NCBI RefSeq assembly: GCF_003704095.1
Contig: NW_020846753.1
Coordinates: forward strand, 186,001 to 250,000
Length of the DNA stretch: 64,000 nucleotides
Reading direction: 5' to 3'
Source: Pocillopora damicornis
Lineage: Eukaryota
Under the pieces are notes generated by a model. That model was not told the DNA's origin. It saw only the letters and a list, made by a program, of their open reading frames with translations, and did no database searches. How positions within the stretch are numbered: the first letter of the stretch is position 1; the number at the start of each line of letters is the position of its first letter. A program made the position numbers and the translations under genes. This document shows, piece by piece, positions 36,831 to 48,100 of this stretch.

Positions 36831-37712
36831 ATGTCGTTCTTGTCCTCAGTTTTACTGACAAATGGCATACTATCGCTAATTTTGGCGTTAGTAACATCGG
36901 CAGGATGTTTAATCATGGGTATAGCAATTGTGAGGAATCCGTTGAATGTGACTCGTAAAGCGATCCACTGTATCGAACATGTCGGTTTAGCGCTTTCGCT
37001 TTTAGCAGGGATGGTTCTACTACCTTATTTCGGAGTCACTGAGATTCTTCAAGGCGTGAACAACAACGCTGGATCATCCGATTTTCCAAGCTTCATATCA
37101 GTGCTAGCGGATTTCCTAATCGCTTCAAAGCTTGCTATTTACTTAATTGTCTGCACCGAGAGATGTATTGCGTACAGATGTCCTCATTTTCACCGCGCAA
37201 AAGTTACAAAACGCTCAACCTTAGGCGTTTCTATTCTCTCAGTGACCTTCTGTTTCTTCGTCTCCTGTCTATCTTTCACAGGAATCGACGAAAAGAGTTA
37301 TTACAATGTCTTCATACACTTGTTTTGCTCTTCTTCGTGGGTGGTGTTTCTTTTCGTTACCTGGTTAACATACCGAAAACTCAAGAACAGAACCAGAATT
37401 GCGCCGAATGAATCAGTCCAATTACCCCAAATAAGAGAAAAAGCTGAATTTGAAAAAGCCCGCAACGCCTCGATTGCTAAGAAACATGTTCATAAAGCGG
37501 CAAAGTTTTACATGCCAGTTTTCTTAACAGTTTTACCTTGGTACGTCGTAAAATGTACCAAAGCTGTGTGCGAGGTTTGTATGACGACCGAGGCAGGATT
37601 TTTCTGGCAAAGATTCAGCATCTCCATTGCTTTTTTAACTGACGCCTATTATCCCCTGACATTTTACCGGGAATACGGTAAAACGGTAAAGTACATTTTC
37701 TGCAATCGATGA
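36831..37712 (+). CDS. Intronless divergent class A-like 7TM receptor, orphan (293 aa)
   Basis: 293-aa ORF with 7 hydrophobic segments, TER at the end of TM3 and PWY in TM6; clear paralogue of 33377-34272 and 30660-31583. Confidence 0.78.
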   Translation: MSFLSSVLLTNGILSLILALVTSAGCLIMGIAIVRNPLNVTRKAIHCIEHVGLALSLLAGMVLLPYFGVTEILQGVNNNAGSSDFPSFISVLADFLIASKLAIYLIVCTERCIAYRCPHFHRAKVTKRSTLGVSILSVTFCFFVSCLSFTGIDEKSYYNVFIHLFCSSSWVVFLFVTWLTYRKLKNRTRIAPNESVQLPQIREKAEFEKARNASIAKKHVHKAAKFYMPVFLTVLPWYVVKCTKAVCEVCMTTEAGFFWQRFSISIAFLTDAYYPLTFYREYGKTVKYIFCNR

Positions 37713-37896
37713 TTTCTGCGACTCGGTAATAATATACGATATTGACAATAACGTAACATGCACAGAGTAGCCAGGTGGTGAGAATAATGTAATATCTTGA
37801 ATATAAATGTCTTGTATCTTCGTGGAAATCACCCCTCCTTTGCTTATGGTGTGAACTGGCTGCGTCACTTTCTAAAGAGAACTAAGATGAAAATAA

Positions 37897-38078
37897 GACA
37901 AGCTGATCCTAGCGGTATGCAGGACGCGTGTCATTAGAACTTCGAAATAGACCCCGCTCACCGAAGAGTCTTTGTGGCTCAGTGGTAGAGCGCAAATCCG
38001 AAGGTCTGAGGTTCGATTCCTCATGGGGACTCAGAATTTTCCTTTGTCCCACGCTCGTGACAAGACGAAAAAACATCT
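37897..38078 (+). mobile_element. tRNA-derived SINE-like repeat
   Basis: Pol III A box TGGCTCAGTGG (37975-37985), B box GGTTCGATTCC (38010-38020) and GAGTC..GACTC stem, but the anticodon arm is truncated. Confidence 0.65.
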
Positions 38079-39466
38079 TAACTATAGTACAGTTTCAAAT
38101 CAACAAAAAATGTTCAAGTTTGTTCAGGATTAAATAACTACTTATAGGTTGGTGCATACCGAAATTTTTGTTCAATTTTGTTCAGACTTTTGGTTGCCTC
38201 TTTGTAATTTTTCAGCATCTTTCATATTTCTTTCTGGAAGCTTAAGTTTGCGTTCGACATTATTCGAAAGTTTCATGAGTTAAATATGGCATATACACAT
38301 GTTTGAATTACGCCGAAGGTGATTGTATGTTTGTGCCATGAATGAAAAGAAAGGCTTATCAATGAGAGACTTTCGGCTCGATCACCTTTCTTGTTCGCAA
38401 AACGTCACTGGACTGATGATGAAGCCAACTGTCATCTTCTTACCCAAGGTAGGACGAAAGTTTCCGTCTCAGTAATACATTTTCTGTTTCTTTAGAGTCT
38501 TGTCTCGTGTTTTCACGAACTTTACTGAAACACACAGCTATAACACATTTTTGAGTCTGTCACTTACGAAAATACTAGCCACAGTACTTTTTTTTGGAGA
38601 ATTCTAACTCGATTGCAATGCTGTGTAGATATATGCATCCACAATAGAGACTGGGCCAATAAATTTTTCCGGCCTCGAATATTCAGCCGAAAAAAAACAA
38701 ATTGCAACTAACAACACTGTTAAAAGTCACTCAAATTTTGACAATGAATTAATCCGAAAGTTTGCGAAAACAATGTGCAAGTTTTGCTCGTCCCGCTGTC
38801 ATTCCTTCTGTACAATGCTAGCTTCTGTCCAACTAATTATCGAGTAATTTTAATGTCCAAAAGTTTTTCAAGCTACATTCTAAATTGGCAAGACGTAAAA
38901 CCTTGTAATATCATTTTAATTAACTCGGCACGAAAATACGATCGACAACATTGGGTACGTGACAAAACTTCACACACATCCGTATTGTAAACAATATCTA
39001 TTGCGGTTCAAAATATCTACCAATTCAATCACTCTACTGACTCGACTGGTTTTGCGACACAACTGTCGTTGAATGCTTATTCATCAATTCACTTGATATA
39101 ATTTCCCATTGCGTATTATGGATCATTTAATCATTTGCAGCTTTGTTTAGAGTTGGAGTTGCAAACTTTTTCAAAAAACCCTCTGCTGGATTTCAGTTGA
39201 GGTATTTCATTGGCTACCTAATAAAGTTTCTATGTAACACACGTTCTTATTGGCTGGAAAAGCGTGCTTTATCGGATTACGGATGAAAGGAGTACCGGTG
39301 TCACGCTATCGACCAATTTGTGCCATGGCCGACCATTTCTCCGGCTTCTCTCTAATTTTTTTTTTTTTGTTTTGACCCAAAGGTCTTGCATGAAACCAAA
39401 GAACGAACTTGAAAACGGGCCCTCGGCTGCAATTAATCGGAGCAACCTATAAGTAACATTAAAGAT

Positions 39467-39720
39467 TAATAATAACAATAATAATAATAATAGTAATAAT
39501 GGGAATCTAGTAGTGAGTATTCCACGAGGTCTCTAGGAAGTGGTTCTTCTTGTCCAGGTCGAACTGAAATTTGGAATGTTGGTAGGAACCCAGAGAAAAA
39601 TCGTCGGTGCTAGGACGAGAACCAACAACAAACCTACAAATGACACCAGGTCCGGGAATCAAACCCGGGCTACAGTGGTGGATGACAAAAGCTCTCACCA
39701 CTGCGCCAGCCTTGCTCCCT
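39467..39720 (-). mobile_element. tRNA-derived SINE with (TAT)n tail
   Basis: Minus strand shows A box TGGCGCAGTGG and B box GGTTTGATTCC, then a body and an ATT-repeat tail at 39467-39500. Confidence 0.7.
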
Positions 39721-40245
39721 TCCACGGAGATAGAAAGTGAAATTTGGGAACAAGCTAACGATGAACAAGACCAGCCGGCCAGGCAGGTAGCGACAGAAGA
39801 ACAAACAATGTTTTGTTAACATACCAAGCGCCAAAATTGGCAAAATTATAACGCGAGCAGAGACGAAAAATATCAAAGAGAAAATGGAATACACTGTCGA
39901 CCCGAGTTTTGAAGGCTTACGCTCTACATGTAAGATTGTTATACACTTCTTTCCGCACTCAGATACAGAACCCGATAACAGACGATCTCGACATATTTTT
40001 TGAATCAATATAAAAATCTTCATTTTTCAAGTTATCCTTTTGATGTATTTTTAAATAACTTTTGTAAAAATTCACGTCGATTTGCCCCCAACAGACAGAT
40101 ATGACTGCTAAGATTGATATGTCACCATAGAAACGGTCAGTAAGTTGAGATTTCTTTTTACGGCAGTTAGTTAGTACATTCGACTGACTCGCTATTGAAT
40201 TTGATTTTCACGGCATGTAGAGACAGAGAATCGACCGAAAAGAAG

Positions 40246-43200
40246 ATGAAAGCTATTCTGTGTATTGCGGTAAGAAGAACAATTTTTAACCTTATAAGCT
40301 TACATATTACATTGAACTTATCATAAACGCAGTTCCAACAATCTTTTCTAAATTATCATCCGATGCGAGCGTAAAATTGCCGATTTTGACGTGATGATTT
40401 CATCATAGACAGTTTGTGAAGGGAGATTACCACCGTATCAAAGATGACATTAAAGTATTACCGTTCGCCTCTAAATTTAGTCACTTAAGACGTGGATCAC
40501 AATGTCTCGATACACACTACTAGTCTTCTTCAGCCGGTTTATCCCTATTCCTTCACGGAGGTTTTTTTCAATAGACGGTGCATTTTCTTTCAATTTTGTG
40601 ATGCCTTTGTCCTATGAATGGCGTTATACTAAAGATTCCTTTTTACGCGAAATTTCTAAGACAAAAACAATTGAATTTACTCCGCTCTGACTCTTGCACA
40701 GCGCTTCTAAAAGAGATTTTACATAATTTCGCGTGAAAAAAAGCTAACTTGACCTCATTAATAACAAATAAGAGCGCTATGATCTATTCTGTCTACTTAA
40801 GGGGGAAAGTATTATCTTGCCCGCCGCCATTTTACATTCTGTTGGCTAGTTTTGTTATTTTTTAAAGGTTTTTTCAGTCTCAGAAAGAAAAAAAACAAAG
40901 CAAAAGAAGACTTTAAAGACTTCTTCCCCTTTCAGAAGTATGAATACCCAAATCGCCCTTAGTAAAGCAAAGTTCCATGGTAACGAATGTGTTTTAGTAA
41001 GAATGTGTTCGTCATGAGAGTGTATACTTTTAAAAGCCGATGGAGAAACATTCATTGTATTTCGTTAGACAAGGCTATCTGTTTTTGTTATCGCGTCAGA
41101 TGTTTTACTTTTTTTATGTACGAGTCATCTTTACAGACTAACAATAGATACATATGCTTTCGTGTTTCAAGTTCAAGGCTTCCCTGTCTTTACAAAATTG
41201 TTCGATAAATTAGCTGGTGATTGACACTAAATAAATAACATCCGTTCCCAGCGCTACTAGTAACTTGGTCAGTGCAATAATGGCTGTGCCTCTCTAAAAG
41301 ACATCAGTGGCCATCTAAAACTAAACAGTTTGGTGTCTTTAAATGTAAGAGCCGATGTTAAAAACTTTTTCCAAGTGAAAGAGGTGGTAATTAACCAGAA
41401 ACTAATATTTTAACAATTCTATTTTGCCTTGTTTCAGTTTGTCCTATTAACCACCACATTACTTGCATTGTGGTATTTGCCACCAACAAGTGAGTGAAAA
41501 TGTTTTGTTACCTACATAATTTGGTACTTTGTGGGCTAAAGAATCCTAAACTCGAATCTTGTTATTAATCAAGTTGTAATTCTGATTAAAAGAAGTTTGC
41601 AGTTTTGATTGAAAAATAACTTTAAAGACTGATCACTCTTCTACTACTCCAACGAAAATCTAGTCACTTAACTCTGGTGATAATTGCGCCGAGTCTGTTG
41701 CAGGAAAGCTCTCACCTGAACAATCAGTATCACATCTTCATTTCGATTGTAAACTGCTTATTAGATGCAATTTCTTCAATTTTGTGATCAATTTGAGCAC
41801 ATAAGTTTTTCAGATCATTAACATCTGAAAGACTTCTCAAAATATTATTCCACCTCTTTATTTTTTCCAGCAGCTTTGCCTGTCAAATGGCGTGACTATT
41901 TCAGCCATGAAATAAGGGATTACTGGGCACTTCCTCGTCGAGAGAATGAACATTTACGACAGGAGCCAGACCTCGTTGAGAAATGTTGGAAAGGTAGCGG
42001 AAGTGACGTCAGTGAAGAAAGTGAAAAATACATTGGTTGGGGTGGTGAAAGAGATGATTCAGGCAGTGGCGCCGGAAGTTTAGAGGAGGAAAGTTCAGGT
42101 AGTGATGGGGAAAGTAAAGGAAGTGGAGAGGGAGGCAGCGGAGAAAATGGAGAGGAAGGAAGCAGTGGAGACAGTGGAATGAAAGAAATCAGCGGAGGTA
42201 GTGGAGAGGAAGGAAGCAGCGAAGAAAGTGAAATAGAGGGAAGCAGCAGAGAAAGTGGAGAGGAAGGAGGCAGTGCAGAGAGCAGAAAAGAAGGAAGCAG
42301 TGGAGAAAGCGGAGAAGAAGGGAGCAGTGGAGAAAGTGGAATGGAAGGAGGTAGTGAAGAAAGTGCAGAGGAAGTAGGCAGTGCAGAGAGCAGAAAAGAA
42401 GGAAGCAGTAGAGAAAGCGGNNNNNNNNNNNNNNNNNNNNNNNNNNNNNNNNNNNNNNNNNNNNNNNNNNNNNNNNNNNNNNNNNNNNNNNNNNNNNNNN
42501 NNNNNNNNNNNNNNNNNNNNNNNNNNNNNNNNNNNNNNNNNNNNNNNNNNNNNNNNNNNNNNNNNNNNNNNNNNNNNNNNNNNNNNNNNNNNNNNNNNNN
42601 NNNNNNNNNNNNNNNNNNNNNNNNNNNNNNNNNNNNNNNNNNNNNNNNNNNNNNNNNNNNNNNNNNNNNNNNNNNNNNNNNNNNNNNNNNNNNNNNNNNN
42701 NNNNNNNNNNNNNNNNNNNNNNNNNNNNNNNNNNNNNNNNNNNNNNNNNNNNNNNNNNNNNNNNNNNNNNNNNNNNNNNNNNNNNNNNNNNNNNNNNNNN
42801 NNNNNNNNNNNNNNNNNNNNNNNNNNNNNNNNNNNNNNNNNNNNNNNNNNNNNNNNNNNNNNNNNNNNNNNNNNNNNNNNNNNNNNNNNNNNNNNNNNNN
42901 NNNNNNNNNNNNNNNNNNNNNNNNNNNNNGAGAAAGTGGAATGGAAGAAAGCAGCGGAGAAGGTGGAGAGGAAGGGAGTAGCCAAGAATATGGAAGCACA
43001 GACGAAAGTGGAGGCGAAGGAAGTGGCGAAGAGAATGAAGAGGAGAGAAGCGGTGAAGAAAGTGGAGATGAGGGAGGCAATGAAGAACACCAAGAGAAGG
43101 AAGGAAACGGGGAAAGGGAAAAGGAAGGGAGTGCTGAAGAAAATGGAAACGAGCAAGGCGGCATGGAGAGTAGCGAGGAAAGTGGTGAGGAGGAAGGCAC

Positions 43201-43375
43201 TGGAATGGAAAATATCATCGCTGTTAACAATGGCCGCGTTCTTTTGGCCGGTGGCATTCCACGTAACCCTACCACCGAGCCCATTTCACCGACACCTGAG
43301 ACGACAGATGCCGTTCAGGACCTTCTAGAGATGGTTAAAGAGATAGAGAATGTAGCTGAGCTTCCATGGCCTTAA
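40246..43375 (+). CDS. Gene E: secreted Glu/Ser/Gly-rich acidic repeat protein (gap in middle)
   Basis: Exons 40246-40269 (MKAILCIA), 41438-41489 (FVLLTTTLLALWYLPPT) and 41871-43375 splice in frame. The product is a signal peptide followed by 9-aa GEEGSSGES-type repeats. N-gap at 42421-42929; ends ...AELPWP*. Confidence 0.8.
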
Positions 43376-45112
43376 TTGGGTTGGAGTGTCAGCGCTGATT
43401 ATACGACTAGTTATAATTTTGTATAGTTAAATATGATTAGAGATAAAACTAGAAACGAACATAACTTCCCATGCTTCACTTCTTCTGCGGGACAAAAATC
43501 GCAGTGCTTCAGTGAGATACAGGGTCGCTTCCAATTTAGTTAGAAAATTCGGTGACCATTTTCTTTCAAGAGGATCAGTAAAAACCTTTTTTTTTTCTTT
43601 ACACAAAAGAACGGGACAACTATGCTCCATTTGTATAACAGAATTTTCTCCGAGCAAAAGAAAAAAAAACACACTTTGGTTGGAGAGGCAGTCGGCTCTA
43701 GTTCTATTCGCTCATTTAAGCCGAGATTTCATGCCTTTTTAGACTGCAAGCGATGGAAAAAGGAAATTACCTGCAAGGAGGTCTTCAATTCTTGCCCGGC
43801 CTTGAGCAACTCAACCCGGCGAGTTCTGCCAGGGCTTGGCACTGATTACTTCAGTGCCAAAACCCGGCAAACCCTCCCCCTCTGAAATCTTCCCGCGGGC
43901 GGAGAAGCGAGCGTTCTGTAGTGTTCAAAAAGAAGATCTGCTCGCAAGCTAATGAAGTATGAAATAATTGAAATGTATGCAAAGCTGTAAAATCGAGTCA
44001 AGCACCAATCAAGTCAGAGTTAGTTTAATTGTATTTATAAACTCCTTAAGCTGGGTTCGTCAACTTACATCAAGAAAAAAGCATCGTAGAGCTTGAGAAA
44101 TAAATGGTACAATGATCGTTTGATTATTCTGTCAATAGGAAAAAGGGGAAGAACAATTTAAGGTCGTTCCATTGCATTTCCCATAAGATGAAATAGCAAA
44201 ACAGCCCTAAACTGAAGTATACGAAGATGCAGTTATCTCCTTTCGATCCTGCAATTTTTTTGGCGTAATGCTACGGATTTTTAACTTTTAGCTCATTATT
44301 AAGCTCCAATTTGAATCCTATTTGTCAAATTTGGATTAACTGACAAAGAATCAGACAGTCAGAAAAGCCATCACAGTCACGTTTACATCATTTACTGTTA
44401 GAGAAATTAAAAACGCCACCTTTTAGGATACAGGTGTAGAAAATTTGTCACCAAAACTAAACGACGTTATATTTGGGTATTAAACAAAATTGGCCTACAA
44501 GTAAATTGCATGCTAATTGAATTGCCATGTAGTCGGTAAATTATCAGGACTCTCAGGGATTCCCCCATATCTGCGCAATTTTCTTCTGCGTCGATTTGCG
44601 CGTGACCAAGCTGCTGTCTCGAGAGCCTTCTTCGATCCTCCTTCGCGAAGGAGAGTGGACTCATCAGTGGCTGGTAATCGACCCGGAGATGTGACAACTT
44701 TCAGTGTAGCCTGAATGTAGCGAAGAAAACTGTAGTAGGCCTTCCACGATTATTTTGTTACACCCGCTGGTTGTCGATTGGTCACATGACCAAAATGGAT
44801 ATCCCATGAACATTTGCAAAATTAAGCACAAGGAAACTGGACACTAATGTATTTTCCGCGCTGAAATTTAAACATGGCGACTAAGTTTAAAGCTGTTGCT
44901 TCCAAATTTATTTCCGCACTGAGCGATCCAAGTAATTTTGAGAGATCTTGATTACACCATTAAATCAGTGTTGTTAACTAACATCGGCTTTATTCTCTAC
45001 TGAACTTTCATTAAGGAAAACTGAAGGTAAAACGTAGCTTTAGCTGAGGTAAACCCGATATTGATTGATCGAGAGTGTGTTTACGCCGCTCGTTTCCGAA
45101 GTTTACTCAACG

Positions 45113-48100
45113 ATGGACGAGCTTTCATCAGAAGACAAGAAAAGCCGTTATACTGTTAAGGTTTGTATAATTTTTTTCAAGTACGTTATTAATCAGAAAA
45201 AATAGACCCCTTACTCAAGTGTTCATCTATGTACATTTTCTATGTAAGCTATTCATGTTATCTTTAACACGAAACACACAAGAAAGTTGAGTGCAATGTA
45301 AAACTTTAGACAACCCCAACAGTAAAAATGCCACTACAGAGTAAATTTTCGTTTGATAACATAAGTCAAGTCATATTTAAGAGCATTCTGTTATTGACTT
45401 GTACATACAGCCAACGAGTATGGATGACTTTAATATAATCAAACCAATCAGCCGTGGTGCCTTTGGGTAAGTCATCTTTAATCCTTCAACTTTACTCAGT
45501 TCACTGGATGCACAGCATAAGTGGGAGAGTTGTAGGTTATTATCGAGTGACACTTTCTGTAACTGCAACAGTAATGTCACAACGCTGTTGAAGATACTGT
45601 TTCTTATTTCAAGACAAATAATGGTCAACTTCAAATGGGTTCAAGAATTTGCACAGAGAATTTATTAGAAATTATTTTTTCTGGTTGTTACTGGTTTAGT
45701 TGTCTGATTTTGGAATACTTTCATCCTCGTTACATTGTGAGAACATTGCTCTTTTTGTTAATCAGTCTTCTTTGTTTATAATTTTGGTACCTTTGTGTTC
45801 AACAAATTACCTTGTTGAGTCCACATTGATTGAATTAGGTTTTTCAAGTAATTAATACATGGAACTTGGCAATGTTACCTGACATGACTGGATAGTAATT
45901 TAATATATTAATGAGAATGTTATGTGAATAGTAATAGGTGATGAAGAGTTGCTTTTCAGGAAAGTATTTTTGGCTCGAAGGAGAGACAAAGATCAACAAT
46001 TCTATGCTGTGAAGGTGGTTAAGAAGACTGACGTTGTGAACAAGAACATGATGGAACAGGGTGAGGAGCAAATTTTTAAGGCAAGACTTTTGTACAGCCT
46101 CATATTTTATTATGCACACAGTTGCTGGATAAAGGAAACAATGGTATAAAACTATGGGGTGTGTTTGGGACTATGGCATTGTTTTACAATTGTACAGGGC
46201 AAAAGGGAAACTTCTTCAATTTTTCTGTGAGAAAACATGGCGCTTTTCATTCATGTGAATTTCCTTTTATTGTCAAAACGACACTATTCTGTTATGTATA
46301 TAACAGGACTTTTTTTTTTATCCAGTGGTTGCAGAAAGAGATTGTCTGGCAATTGCAAAGAGTCCCTACATTGTAAACTTGTTTTATTCCTTTCAGTCAA
46401 AAGATAGAATATTTCTGGTGAGTTCTGTTGTATTTTTAACCTTTAGCACACTAACATCAGTAAGCATATGCATTTCCTCAATTGCTCCTCATTTCCTTCA
46501 TTGCTGACGAGGAGAATTTGTTTAACAATTATGAGCTTCTTTAGTTGGTGATCATTTCCTTTATTCTTGTGACCTTCATGTTCGACTCAGGACTCCTCAT
46601 GAGGAGAAGTTAGGTGCTAGTCACTCTTAGGGATTTAAAGGTTAATTCTCAGGTAGGTTTAGAGAGGCTGTCTTTTGTTGACTAGTTAGTTGTTTGTTTT
46701 TCTCAGTTCATGTGCTACTCAGTCCAGTTTTATCCTTGACTGGAGTTTGATTTTTAAAATCATCTTTTTGGTACATAATAAATTCTTTACTGACCAGAAG
46801 TTTGTTTGGTCAATAATACATATGACTGTTCACTTCTTGATTTAGGTCATGGAGTATTTGATTGGAGGAGACTGTAAATCATTGTTACATAACATGGGAT
46901 ACTTTGATGAAAACATGGCAAGAATCTATATATCACAGGTCAATTATTCATCCTGATCCTTTCATTATCATCCTAGACACTTTACATTTGAAGATAATGT
47001 AGATTAAAATGACTACCAATGCTTGTGCATGTTAATGTGTAACATTAGAAGTACCCTCTGTTCTTTACAAAGCAATTACTGGCCAAAAATCCAGCCAGCA
47101 GTCACCACTTTTTTTATCTACTAGCAAATTTTCCAGGAACCTGACACTTAGCAACAACCCTGTCAGCAGCTGTATGGGGAAATTAACCTGTGCTCCTCTG
47201 CTCCTCTCCCAAAATAGATGGCTCCTTCCTTCTCAGAGGATTGCAGCATGTCCTTGAGAAAACAGCAGTAATAAAGCTTACTATAAGTGATGCTGTGGCT
47301 TAATTTGGACTAAATCTGTCGTTGAGACTTGGTTGGGTTTTTTTTCCTGGGTAAGACTAATGTCACTCTCACAGTCATTCAAGAGTTGAAATGGGTACTA
47401 GCAAACTGCCAGAGGAGCCTGATGACAGGGCAGTAGCCTGCAATGGACTAACATCCTATCCAGGGAGGGGGAGAGTAGCTATGGTCCTAATCACTTCTAG
47501 CTGTCAAGACTGGTATAAGCTGCAGTACCTCCTAGGTCACATGGCTTCAATACATACCAACCCTTACCCACCTCACATGAAATACATCTCACAGTTTCTT
47601 CACTTGTCTTTTGAGTCCTATTTTAAATTATTTTTCTTTTGGCTGCAGGTAGTCTTGGCTTTGGATTATCTTCACAAACATGGGATTATTCACAGGTAAG
47701 AGAAACATCTACAGTGTATGCAATTCAAAATTGAATTACTTTCCAGAAAATGTTATGACCCAAACACCAGTCACAACAAAAATACATTCTCTTGGAGTTT
47801 CATCATGGAATTAACCAGTTTGTTGGCTGTATGTACAAGTAAATAACAAAATACTTTATCATCTGTGATTAAGAACCTGAAATATAACATCCCAAGAGCT
47901 GTACTATTTCTGGCTCTTCCATACATACAGCATTGTGGTTGTTGAATAATGTTTTTTGAATTTATCTCCCCCCTCCACCACACCAAAAAAACAAAACAAA
48001 ACAAAAATCCTTTCTGGTCATTTAGCTTCTTTTTTCTTATTTTTTATTTCTCTCTCTCTTTCTTTGTCAACTTGATGTCTTGAAAAAAAGAGTTTCTCCC

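Noticed and set aside
37966-38032. Functional tRNA gene
   Set aside because: A and B boxes are present, but the anticodon arm is truncated and the sequence sits in a longer repeat-like context; a SINE fits better.
41920-43284. Long antisense and alternative-frame ORFs over gene E
   Set aside because: These are shadows of a purine-rich repeat and are inflated by the N gap.
44626-44670. Hammerhead-like CTGATGAGTCC...hairpin on the minus strand
   Set aside because: The 3' core reads CGAAG rather than GAAA, and no stem I/III is evident. It is more likely a palindromic repeat remnant (CTCCTTCGCGAAGGAG).
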